Shown here one piece after another: positions 46,719-54,560 of a stretch of 64,000 bases of DNA. Every line of letters begins with the position of its first letter. Within the stretch, counting starts at the first letter, position 1. Origin of the DNA: a virus (Duplodnaviria > Caudoviricetes); the IMG/VR virus record IMGVR_UViG_3300030117_001894, positions 1,915 to 65,914 of that record. One strand, 5' to 3'. The translations under genes and the position numbers were made by a program. The notes beneath the pieces were generated by a model, which did not search any database, had not been told where the DNA came from, and was given only the letters and a program-made list of their open reading frames with translations.

Positions 46719-47125
46719 ACTGTAAAAAGTGTGGCTTATCAGTCTCGGTATGCAAGTGTTTTAACTGACTAACTTAGCTTCTCCCTTATTCAACCCCGAA
46801 TTTAATCTAGGTATTGGCTGATCAAACCAACCTTTGAAAAGTACCACGTTGAAGGTCTAGTAGTTTTGAGTCACTTCTCGGGATAACCTTCTCGCACCCG
46901 ATGGCTGACTGTAAAAAAGTGTGGTGACGAGAGGATCTCGGTTTCCGCATATACCTCCGTTCATCCTAACCGACTCGAAAGTACAGGCTTTTACAAGGAT
47001 CGGGACATCACCACGGTTTTGTGCCAGAGAGTCAAGCGGTCTAACTAAAAAACCCCGCTTGGTATCATTATTTAATGGAGTAGTCATATGAAACTCTCTG
47101 GGCTTATCAAACTTGTTCTAATAAA
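46719..47125 (-). ncRNA. Putative structured non-coding RNA array (four folded units, two paralogous)
   Basis: Directly downstream of the promoter at 47135-47168; no SD-led ORF; multiple stems; duplicated CCACACTTTTT(T)ACAGT tails. Confidence 0.6.
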
Positions 47126-47134
47126 CATAACTAT

Positions 47135-47168
47135 ATTATAAAGTACCAAAATTAGCAAAGTAAAGCAC
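47135..47168 (-). promoter_or_regulatory. Early promoter copy
   Basis: GTGCTTTACTTT...TATAAT. Confidence 0.8.
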
Positions 47169-47333
47169 TATTTCACCTCTTTGATTCGTGCCATTGCTTT
47201 AGTTCTCCGATATATCGCACGACCACATTTTGGATCTAAAAAGATTGTAGGTGATAGAGTACCAAACCTATCTTTAGTTTGTACGTGTCGAGTTTCTCGC
47301 CAATCGACATCACCTTTTTCTAACACTTTGCGT
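47168..47333 (-). CDS. Small basic protein (likely start MNLKKAKLLRK; start coordinate approximate)
   Basis: 3' part of ORF 47168..47512; the N-terminal extension overlaps a lipoprotein gene. Confidence 0.4.
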
Positions 47334-47339
47334 AATAAC

Positions 47340-47552
47340 TTAGCTTTCTTTAAGTTCATAATCCCGCTCCATACATTTTGACCATTCGTCACGTTTAACT
47401 TCTTCAGGATAGGCTGTATACAACTTATCCCGACATTCTTCAAACTGTTTACGCCAAACCGCAGGGTCGTATTTATCGTTCCATTCTTTAGTTTCTGGAA
47501 CGTATGTTGCACATCCTGTAATTATAAACGCTGTTAATAATCGATAAATCAT
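47340..47552 (-). CDS. Small lipoprotein
   Basis: Lipobox ITGC; W...EEC...W.KCME resembles 45135..45353. Confidence 0.6.
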   Translation of the reverse strand: MIYRLLTAFIITGCATYVPETKEWNDKYDPAVWRKQFEECRDKLYTAYPEEVKRDEWSKCMERDYELKES

Positions 47553-47866
47553 AATTCGTCTGACATTATATTGTCAGGTAAATCTACATGTGGTAGCTTG
47601 TTATAATCTTCGTATTCCATATCTAAAAAGAACCTTTCATTCTGTTCTGGATTAGGTCCTGGAATTACAAACATAGCTCTAACTTCTATATCGTTATGGT
47701 CGAGCGTGTAAGTAATTGGTAATTTGACTTTTTCTAAATCGTAGCCTAAGTCTAATAAAACTTCGTTAATCATCCCCACATCAGGATATCTGTTTTTGTT
47801 GGAGTCTTCGGCTTTTTGTGTAAGATTTTCTAATATCTCAATGGTTGCATATTTAACTTGTGCCAT
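47549..47866 (-). CDS. Hypothetical protein
   Basis: GAGG SD. Confidence 0.6.
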   Translation of the reverse strand: MAQVKYATIEILENLTQKAEDSNKNRYPDVGMINEVLLDLGYDLEKVKLPITYTLDHNDIEVRAMFVIPGPNPEQNERFFLDMEYEDYNKLPHVDLPDNIMSDEL

Positions 47867-48032
47867 CTTTTTCCTCTAAACATCTTTCTTTTAATTCTTC
47901 ATAGGTATCAAAAGCATTATGATTTTCTGTAAAATCATTTACCCAATCTATCAATCCCTCCCTAGTTATTATTTGGAAACTTTCATTAGTGCTATGATTA
48001 AAGAAATGTATTGGTTTAAAATCAGCTTTCAT
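47853..48032 (-). CDS. Hypothetical protein, 59 aa (MKADFKPIHFF...)
   Basis: AAGGAG SD; not in the ORF track. Confidence 0.55.
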   Translation of the reverse strand: MKADFKPIHFFNHSTNESFQIITREGLIDWVNDFTENHNAFDTYEELKERCLEEKDGTS

Positions 48033-48043
48033 CTTCGTTCTCC

Positions 48044-48217
48044 TTAACAGTAAGTTATATTTTCAGCATCAAAATAAATTTGGTCTGCATCAATAGGAAC
48101 ATTAAAACTTTTGCAAACACTTTGCCAAGCTTCAAGGCTATCAAAATCATCTAAATACAAAGCTGTTTTATTCTTTGCATCTAATTCTGCGTTCTTGCAT
48201 TCTCTAACTTGTGCCAT
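48044..48217 (-). CDS. Hypothetical protein, 57 aa (MAQVRECKNAE...)
   Basis: GAGG SD; not in the ORF track. Confidence 0.55.
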   Translation of the reverse strand: MAQVRECKNAELDAKNKTALYLDDFDSLEAWQSVCKSFNVPIDADQIYFDAENITYC

Positions 48218-48407
48218 CTTTTTCCTCTATAAGATTATCGATCGCTTCATACATAACATTATGTACTGCTTTTTCAAAAAGCTCGTGATCTTCATTATTA
48301 ATTTGAATAAACGGATCTCTTAACATTGCGTGTATAACATGACGTGCTAAAACTGCCACGTTGGTTTTACACGTTAATCCGCTTTTCTTAGTTATTTCTA
48401 TATCCAT
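48204..48407 (-). CDS. Hypothetical protein
   Basis: ORF with SD. Confidence 0.55.
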   Translation of the reverse strand: MDIEITKKSGLTCKTNVAVLARHVIHAMLRDPFIQINNEDHELFEKAVHNVMYEAIDNLIEEKDGTS

Positions 48408-48418
48408 AATTTTCCCCT

Positions 48419-48454
48419 AAAAAATAAGTGCACAACGATCATCGCTGTGCACTT
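48419..48454 (-). terminator. Hairpin terminator
   Basis: AAGTGCACA/TGTGCACTT stem plus U tract. Confidence 0.7.
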
Positions 48455-48460
48455 AACAGA

Positions 48461-48832
48461 TTATACCTTTGCAAAGTAGTTTTCTGCAACAAGTCTTTTA
48501 GCATAAAATCTAAAAATCCTGAGTGGATCTTGACCTGTAGTCAGATTACCTTTCTTCACTGCAAGAGCTACTAGATCTTGTGCGGTAAAACTAGCAGAGT
48601 CTAATTCACTCTTTTTAGCTTCACTAGCAGTTAAAATCAAGGCTCTCATCTGCGGAGTAAAACCTTTGGCTTCAGGAACTTCACCTATGAACTTATATAA
48701 AGTTCTAGATGCTCCTTTGCCTGTTGAACTAGGCTTAGGAACTGCTGTTACTTTAGCTTTGCTCAAAGGTTTCGTTGCTGCTTTCGCAGGAACTCTCTTT
48801 GCAGAAGTGGGTGTAGATGTTGCTGTTTGCAT
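48461..48832 (-). CDS. Putative DNA-binding protein with Lys/Ala/Pro-rich tail (paralog family)
   Basis: FTPQ...TAQDL...TGQDPLRIFRFYAKRL; SD precedes MQTATS. Confidence 0.6.
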   Translation of the reverse strand: MQTATSTPTSAKRVPAKAATKPLSKAKVTAVPKPSSTGKGASRTLYKFIGEVPEAKGFTPQMRALILTASEAKKSELDSASFTAQDLVALAVKKGNLTTGQDPLRIFRFYAKRLVAENYFAKV

Positions 48833-48889
48833 ATCTTTCTCCTTTCTTATGGTTAACAAATTCTAACTTGTGTTAGAACAACTATTAAT

Positions 48890-48922
48890 AGTATGCCTAC
48901 GAAATACGTGAAAGTAAAGCAC
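48890..48922 (-). promoter_or_regulatory. Early promoter copy
   Basis: GTGCTTTACTTT...CATACT. Confidence 0.75.
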
Positions 48923-48950
48923 TATAACGAGTACCTCATAGGCAGACTGT

Positions 48951-49211
48951 TTACAAGCTACGCCAAATACGGACGCCTGAGATTTCGTTTTCTAAACGAT
49001 ATCTAATAACAAACTTCCATTCGGGTTCTTGTTTTTTGCCAAAGCCTCGACTGGCTTGGGCTAAACGGTTTTTCATTCGCTGTGCATTATCATCTGCTTT
49101 AAGTGGAAAGAAGATAGAGTCACCTACTTTCATCTTAGCAAACGGATAACTTGTTTGCGAACGTTGATCCTCAGGTAAAGGTATACCTGATTCGATTATT
49201 GGTTCTTGCAT
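48951..49211 (-). CDS. Small putative DNA-binding protein
   Basis: IESGIPLP...YPFAKMKVGDS...GVRIWR phage family. Confidence 0.65.
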   Translation of the reverse strand: MQEPIIESGIPLPEDQRSQTSYPFAKMKVGDSIFFPLKADDNAQRMKNRLAQASRGFGKKQEPEWKFVIRYRLENEISGVRIWRSL

Positions 49212-49450
49212 TAGTGCACCTCCTTAGGTGGGTCGGAAAACTCAACTAGACCTTTTTCTTCTAGGTAATTTTTCCAGAACATTAAAATTAATGATTGATC
49301 GGTAATACCGTGTAGTTCTTGACAGCCTTGAGCAATCATCGTATCGCGTATGAGAGAAGCTAACTCATCGTTAGCTCCCTCAAACAGTGCTGACCAGACC
49401 ATGGCTAAAACTTCACCATCAACTAAATATGATTTAGGGTCTTTCGGCAT
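49211..49450 (-). CDS. Hypothetical protein
   Basis: Coupled ORF. Confidence 0.55.
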   Translation of the reverse strand: MPKDPKSYLVDGEVLAMVWSALFEGANDELASLIRDTMIAQGCQELHGITDQSLILMFWKNYLEEKGLVEFSDPPKEVH

Positions 49451-50484
49451 TATGCAGCCTCCGCATACTTCACAGCTAAATCTAGAGCTTTGGCTTTACG
49501 ATTAGCCGCAGCACCAAACCACGAGCTGTGTAGAGCGTTGCCTTCGGTTACAGACTCACGTAAATGGTCTTCAACGTAGGTGATTGCGTTTAATGCACCC
49601 CACCACGTACCTTTAGCAGACTTCAGATTTGCACCTGGAGACTGTTCTAGAGCGTCAACTGCAAGAAGTGGAAACTTGTTAAATTTCTCAACAAGAGGTT
49701 CTTGCATACCTATCAACTTACCTTCAGCTTTAAGCTGTTGGTCGTGTTTATAAGCGGCAATCATATCAGGTTGATAAATTTCACCAACATACTCAAGGAA
49801 CTGAGAATGTTTAGCTTTCTTCTTAGAGAGTAAATTTGCAGCTTCTCTAAACTCTGTCATACGTTCAGCAGATAGCCCTAGAGCTTCTTCTGCGATCTGT
49901 ATAACATCGTCATCGAATGCTTTAACGTGTGGCATACGGAAAGACGCTGTGCCACCGTGTTGTAAAGCCATCGTTAAAGTGTTGTTGCAAACAACTCTAA
50001 TAGGTGTTAACTTAATGGTCATTGCTCGACCAACTATGTGAGGTTGGTTAATAAGCAAATACCCTTTAATAAGGTCGTCACCCGCTAATTCGAAGTCTTC
50101 TGAGATTTTAGCTAAACCCCAAATTTCTCCACCGTCTTTCAAACTACCTGCGGTTTCCATGGTCATATGACCAGCATCCGTAAAGCGTTTAAAGAATTTG
50201 AATACGTCTTCATTCTGTATAGGGACATAGTCTCTACCACAATGCGATAGTATTCGGTTATCGCTATCTCGAACAACGTGGAAGGTATTTTCCGCTTGGA
50301 TAAGACCTACATCGTCACTCCATTCAGGAGCGTCTATAGTATAACTAGGACGTTTGCTAACTGTCCAGTCTAACTGAGCCGCTTTCTGCATTTCAGATGG
50401 TTTAAGATTTGAATCCACCTCAACACCTAATCCGTGCCAAGGTACATCCCCCGTCCAAGCCATCGTTTCTACTTGGTGTGCCAT
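49450..50484 (-). CDS. DUF932 / TIGR03299-like phage-plasmid protein
   Basis: MAHQVETMA...PWHGLG...ETAGSL...TPIRVVCNNTL...GTWWGALNAIT. Confidence 0.85.
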   Translation of the reverse strand: MAHQVETMAWTGDVPWHGLGVEVDSNLKPSEMQKAAQLDWTVSKRPSYTIDAPEWSDDVGLIQAENTFHVVRDSDNRILSHCGRDYVPIQNEDVFKFFKRFTDAGHMTMETAGSLKDGGEIWGLAKISEDFELAGDDLIKGYLLINQPHIVGRAMTIKLTPIRVVCNNTLTMALQHGGTASFRMPHVKAFDDDVIQIAEEALGLSAERMTEFREAANLLSKKKAKHSQFLEYVGEIYQPDMIAAYKHDQQLKAEGKLIGMQEPLVEKFNKFPLLAVDALEQSPGANLKSAKGTWWGALNAITYVEDHLRESVTEGNALHSSWFGAAANRKAKALDLAVKYAEAA

Positions 50485-50550
50485 AATTTTCTCCTTTCTA
50501 ATGTGCATGGCTGCACTGGTTAATCACGTAGCCTATTAGCTACCTTTACC

Positions 50551-50583
50551 ATTATAGGTACGAAAGCTACGAAAGTAAAGCAC
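50551..50583 (-). promoter_or_regulatory. Early promoter copy
   Basis: GTGCTTTACTTT...TATAAT, 17-bp spacer. Confidence 0.75.
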
Positions 50584-50956
50584 TAACAAGAGCATCCCAG
50601 TCGTAGGGAATCGTGAGAGTTACAAGAGCTTTTGATTTATATCCAGTCTTAACGAGGTCTTGAATTCCTGTAAGGCTGTCGATATGGTAGAGCTTGATCT
50701 CATCGTTTTTACGAGCCATAACAAATACTTGACCACCAAACGATGCACGTTTCGCTAACCACGATATTTGCATAGGTCGTAGAGTAAGAGCATTACCTGA
50801 ATGTATTTCTTTGAGCTCGATCCAGAACTCTTTACCTTTGGCACAACCGTTAACGTCAGGAACACCTGCTCCTGTCATACCTGTTTCAATTCTTTGTAAA
50901 TGTATTTCAGGTAGATTTGACCTTAATAAGAGCCATAAATTTTTTTCTTTCGCCAT
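50567..50956 (-). CDS. PD-(D/E)xK nuclease, VRR-NUC/Holliday-junction resolvase-like
   Basis: E...RIE...GVPD...WIELK...Q.SW. Confidence 0.8.
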   Translation of the reverse strand: MAKEKNLWLLLRSNLPEIHLQRIETGMTGAGVPDVNGCAKGKEFWIELKEIHSGNALTLRPMQISWLAKRASFGGQVFVMARKNDEIKLYHIDSLTGIQDLVKTGYKSKALVTLTIPYDWDALVSALLS

Positions 50957-51605
50957 ATTTCATTTTACGATAACGTTTCATAATCGAGCTTTTTGTTAAA
51001 ATAGACCAACGTTCATTAAAAGAACGATTTCTTCGATGTTTAGATATATTTGGAGGTCGCCGCCAATCAATAAGTCTCAATTTCTTTAATTTAAACGATA
51101 AAGGATCAGGTCTGTATACAGTACCGTCTGAATATCTAGGTGTTGTATGTTCTTCATGTAATACACGATTGAGCCATTGCATATCTTCTTGTACATAGGG
51201 TTCATCGGTCGCTAAATATTCTATATGCTCTAAAATATCGTTATCTATAACCGCTTCGTCATAAGCACAACAAGACCAATTTTGATATTTATTTGATAAT
51301 ATCTGTTTACGTTTGCCTGATCCATAAGTCGAATATGGGTCTTTATTTTTAGAGTACTGATGTTGTTTTTGACAATGCTTAGAACAATAATTTAATAACC
51401 CTGATTCTTTCCTATCGAACTCTACGGAACAATATACACACGATCGAGGAATGTCTACAACGGGTTTTTTATTTTCATTATTATGAAACGTATTATTACA
51501 CTCTACACTACAAAACTTTCGTCTTTGTCCGTATAAAGTTTTCGAACATACCCTACACTCTCCGTTGTTCGGTATTTCTATTTGTGTATTACTTGCTAAA
51601 AACAT
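50907..51605 (-). CDS. Zn-finger protein (two CxxC...CSxxC units)
   Basis: CRVC...FCSVEC and CVYC...YCSKHC. Confidence 0.55.
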   Translation of the reverse strand: MFLASNTQIEIPNNGECRVCSKTLYGQRRKFCSVECNNTFHNNENKKPVVDIPRSCVYCSVEFDRKESGLLNYCSKHCQKQHQYSKNKDPYSTYGSGKRKQILSNKYQNWSCCAYDEAVIDNDILEHIEYLATDEPYVQEDMQWLNRVLHEEHTTPRYSDGTVYRPDPLSFKLKKLRLIDWRRPPNISKHRRNRSFNERWSILTKSSIMKRYRKMKYGERKKFMALIKVKST

Positions 51606-51613
51606 ATACCTTA

Positions 51614-51646
51614 AATATAAAAGGCAAAGTTTAGAAAGTAAAGCAC
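51614..51646 (-). promoter_or_regulatory. Early promoter copy
   Basis: GTGCTTTACTTT...TATATT, 17-bp spacer. Confidence 0.7.
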
Positions 51647-51650
51647 TGTC

Positions 51651-52019
51651 TTAGCCTGACCAATCCCACCCAGTATGAGGGGCTGTTTTTTGATTATTAG
51701 CAATAAGCTTTATATCTCGTTCTTTTAACCAGTCGTCGAAAGCACGTTTAGTCTGATCAAGGTCCTGGTACAACGTTTTAAATTCAGACCATTTGTTCCG
51801 AGCAATTTGTGTACCATAGTAATAATCACCTTCACCGAGTTTACAGCGTGTAATAATCTGCCACACACGTTGTTTGGTTAAATTATGCTCTTTACCCATT
51901 TGTTCTAGAGTAGTAGAGCTGTTAATCCATTGTTGGTACATTTGTCTGTACTTAATGGAGTATTCTTTAGCTTTTTCTTGTGAGATACCTTTCATTTTAT
52001 TTCCTTTGTTTCGCCCCAT
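51651..52019 (-). CDS. Sigma70 region-4-like HTH protein
   Basis: TLEQMGKEHNLTKQRVWQII. Confidence 0.65.
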   Translation of the reverse strand: MGRNKGNKMKGISQEKAKEYSIKYRQMYQQWINSSTTLEQMGKEHNLTKQRVWQIITRCKLGEGDYYYGTQIARNKWSEFKTLYQDLDQTKRAFDDWLKERDIKLIANNQKTAPHTGWDWSG

Positions 52020-53857
52020 GAACTTCCGAGTTCCTTATCCACTAGCAGGGGTACTGCAAGTTCTACACAAGTTTCCATTATTTCTGCAATCTTGTCAGCT
52101 TGTTCAGTGTTCTCTACCGAGATATCAACCTCATCGTGGACTTGTAGGTGAGGAACAATTCCTTCCTCCCACAGACCGAGCATTGCTAACTTCGTCATGT
52201 CAGCAGCCGATCCTTGAATCAACCGATTCAGAGCCTTGTATGTATATGATCTTTTTAAATTATCACCGTATTTTTCCTGTGCTTCTTCGTACGGTAGAGG
52301 TAGAGTGCGTTCATATCTATCTTCCCATAGATTAAACCTACAGCGTCTACCAGCAAACGTTCGTATATAGCCACGTTCCATGGCTACTCTTGCACACTGA
52401 TCTTGTAACCCTCGTATAAAGGGAACTTTATTATGATACTGCTGAAATAACCCCTCAGCTTCCGTATCGTCTATCCCTAGCTCTTTAATAAGCTTTTCTT
52501 TACCCATCCCATAGCTAAGTCCTAAGTTAATCGTCTTAGCCTGTTTACGCGGTATATTAGCCATATCTGCAACGATTTGGTGGAAGTCCGCGTTCTTTTC
52601 TGTATACTCTGTCACAGCCTCTTTAGCCCCTGCTAAGTTCATTCGATCAGCGTAATGAACGGTAAGCCTTGGCTCTTGTTGTGAGTAATCGAATATACCC
52701 CACTGACAATCTTCCTCTGGAATAAACAAAGAGCGTATTAAATTACCGATCTCTGGATCTCTTGCAGGAACTTGTTGTAGATTAGGATTACTATAACTAA
52801 ATCGACCACTAACCGTGCCTCCACGATCGTTACGCATAGCATGAGCTTCTGCGTGTATACGACCATTGAAACAGTGATCTTTAATCATCTTATCGATGAA
52901 AGTAGTTCTAGCTTTATTAAGTTTCCTTGCTCGAACAATAAGTTGTGGTAACTCGTGTTCGTGTCCTTCTAACCAGTCTTTTTGAAAACTAGCCATACCT
53001 TTTGCTGTTCTAGGAAACCATATCTTGTTCTTTTCAAAGATAGCTTCTAACGATGCATTAGCCCATAAACTAACTTCTGCACCGTATTTACGTTTAATCT
53101 CAACCTGTAACTTTTGTTCTTCGATCGATAACTTTTTACTAACGTCGTCAGCTTTTTGTTCATCGATTCTAACCCCTCTCCACCGCATTTCTAACAATAG
53201 AGGAATAAGTCGGCATTCCATGTCGAGTATCTTTTCTAACCCTTGTTCTTGAACTTCGATCTTTAATTTTTGCCAAAGTTTTAGAGTTAGTGCTGCATCT
53301 TGCTCACCGTAAGGTCCAACGAACTTAGACGGTAGTTTATACATTTCTGATTTAGGATTTACCCCAAACGATAGAGCAGCGTTTTGTAATAACGATTCAT
53401 CTTTCTTTTCGTTACAGTAAAACTCACCGAGGTTATCTAAAGAATAAGAATACCTATTCTCGTTTACTAAGGGAGCCGCTACGATCGTATCTAATATTTT
53501 ACCGCCTACGTGTACGCCTTCTCTACGGAGCCACCCTACGTCGTATAAGGCGTTATGAAATATAACGTCTCGTTTTTCCGATGCTAGAGTGTTTTTTAAC
53601 CAACGTAATACAATATCTTCGTCAAGATTACCTCCGCCAGCATGACGGATCGGGAAGTAACCCTTCCAACCCTCTGTTGCAACACCAATACCCACGATAT
53701 GCCCACGACCTGTAGCCCATCCTGGACCACAAGTCATGAGATGTGGATCGTAAGTTTCTAAATCTACTGCGATCGTTTCTGTCTCAGAAAACTGAGGAAA
53801 AACTTCTGGAATAGACCAATCACTTGTTGGAGCGAACATAGGGGCTTGTAAAGTCAC
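51992..53857 (-). CDS. polA: Family A DNA polymerase with 3'-5' exonuclease
   Basis: Exo DLET, HNALYD and YGEQDA; motif A DYSQQEPR, motif B KQAKTINLGLSYG, motif C VHDE. Confidence 0.95.
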   Translation of the reverse strand: MTLQAPMFAPTSDWSIPEVFPQFSETETIAVDLETYDPHLMTCGPGWATGRGHIVGIGVATEGWKGYFPIRHAGGGNLDEDIVLRWLKNTLASEKRDVIFHNALYDVGWLRREGVHVGGKILDTIVAAPLVNENRYSYSLDNLGEFYCNEKKDESLLQNAALSFGVNPKSEMYKLPSKFVGPYGEQDAALTLKLWQKLKIEVQEQGLEKILDMECRLIPLLLEMRWRGVRIDEQKADDVSKKLSIEEQKLQVEIKRKYGAEVSLWANASLEAIFEKNKIWFPRTAKGMASFQKDWLEGHEHELPQLIVRARKLNKARTTFIDKMIKDHCFNGRIHAEAHAMRNDRGGTVSGRFSYSNPNLQQVPARDPEIGNLIRSLFIPEEDCQWGIFDYSQQEPRLTVHYADRMNLAGAKEAVTEYTEKNADFHQIVADMANIPRKQAKTINLGLSYGMGKEKLIKELGIDDTEAEGLFQQYHNKVPFIRGLQDQCARVAMERGYIRTFAGRRCRFNLWEDRYERTLPLPYEEAQEKYGDNLKRSYTYKALNRLIQGSAADMTKLAMLGLWEEGIVPHLQVHDEVDISVENTEQADKIAEIMETCVELAVPLLVDKELGSSWGETKEIK

Positions 53858-54210
53858 TTCTTCTTTTTAATCCTCGTGACTTTAGTTTTCTTAGCTTTTG
53901 GCTTTTTTGCAGAAGCTTTTTTCTTAGGAGCTTTTCCACCCACCCAAGCTTCGTTAACATCTGGAGTAGACTTATCATCTGCCTTATATGTTCCCTTTTT
54001 CGTTCTAGCTCGTTTAGGAGCTTCTTTTACAGCTTCATAGATTTTCCCTGCTTTAATTTCGTCATCAAACTTCTTTAAAACAACTTCAGCATCTTTGATT
54101 GCTTTTTCTAGAACTTTTTCCTTTACACCTTTTTTAGGTTGTAGTTCTTCTTTTGGTAAAGGCTTGAAAAAGTTTAATACTTTTGTCAACCAACTATCTG
54201 TATTACTCAT
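53854..54210 (-). CDS. Basic protein with RARTKKG...DDKSTPDVNEAW motif
   Basis: Lys-rich; recurrent marine phage motif. Confidence 0.6.
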   Translation of the reverse strand: MSNTDSWLTKVLNFFKPLPKEELQPKKGVKEKVLEKAIKDAEVVLKKFDDEIKAGKIYEAVKEAPKRARTKKGTYKADDKSTPDVNEAWVGGKAPKKKASAKKPKAKKTKVTRIKKKK

Positions 54211-54560
54211 TAGTAATCCTCCTTGCCGTCTTCTGCGGCATAATTAACATCGTCAGCTTCAACGCTAACCTCATTAGTACTAGCTAAAATAAATTCTTCA
54301 ACTAATAATAAATATCTACGTAAGTCTCGAATATCATCGAGTAGACCTGCTTCGCCTTTGTAGACTTCACCTGCCTCGAATACATCCCACCCGTGCTTTT
54401 CAGACTGGTGTTCTATACGATCGAACTTACGTGCCAACATCATAAAAGCACCGACACCTCCACGACGTCTCCAAGAATCACCGTACGAAGTCTCTGCTCG
54501 TTTAAGAGCTTCAAGATCGTTTTGGGCAATTTCTTTCATCTTTTCCCATTTATTGCTCAT
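54210..54560 (-). CDS. Nucleotide-modification-associated (DUF1599/Nmad1-like) all-alpha pyrophosphatase
   Basis: YGDSW...RKFDRIE...DDIRDLRRYLLL; start MSNKW with AGGAG SD. Confidence 0.6.
   Translation of the reverse strand: MSNKWEKMKEIAQNDLEALKRAETSYGDSWRRRGGVGAFMMLARKFDRIEHQSEKHGWDVFEAGEVYKGEAGLLDDIRDLRRYLLLVEEFILASTNEVSVEADDVNYAAEDGKEDY

Noticed and set aside
46857-47087. 76-aa ORF within the structured RNA block
   Set aside because: No SD, unlike neighbouring genes; the sequence is better explained by base-paired stems
46719-47125. Canonical tRNA, 5S rRNA or tmRNA genes
   Set aside because: No TTCGA T-loop in tRNA context, no 7-nt anticodon loop, no tag reading frame; only partial resemblance
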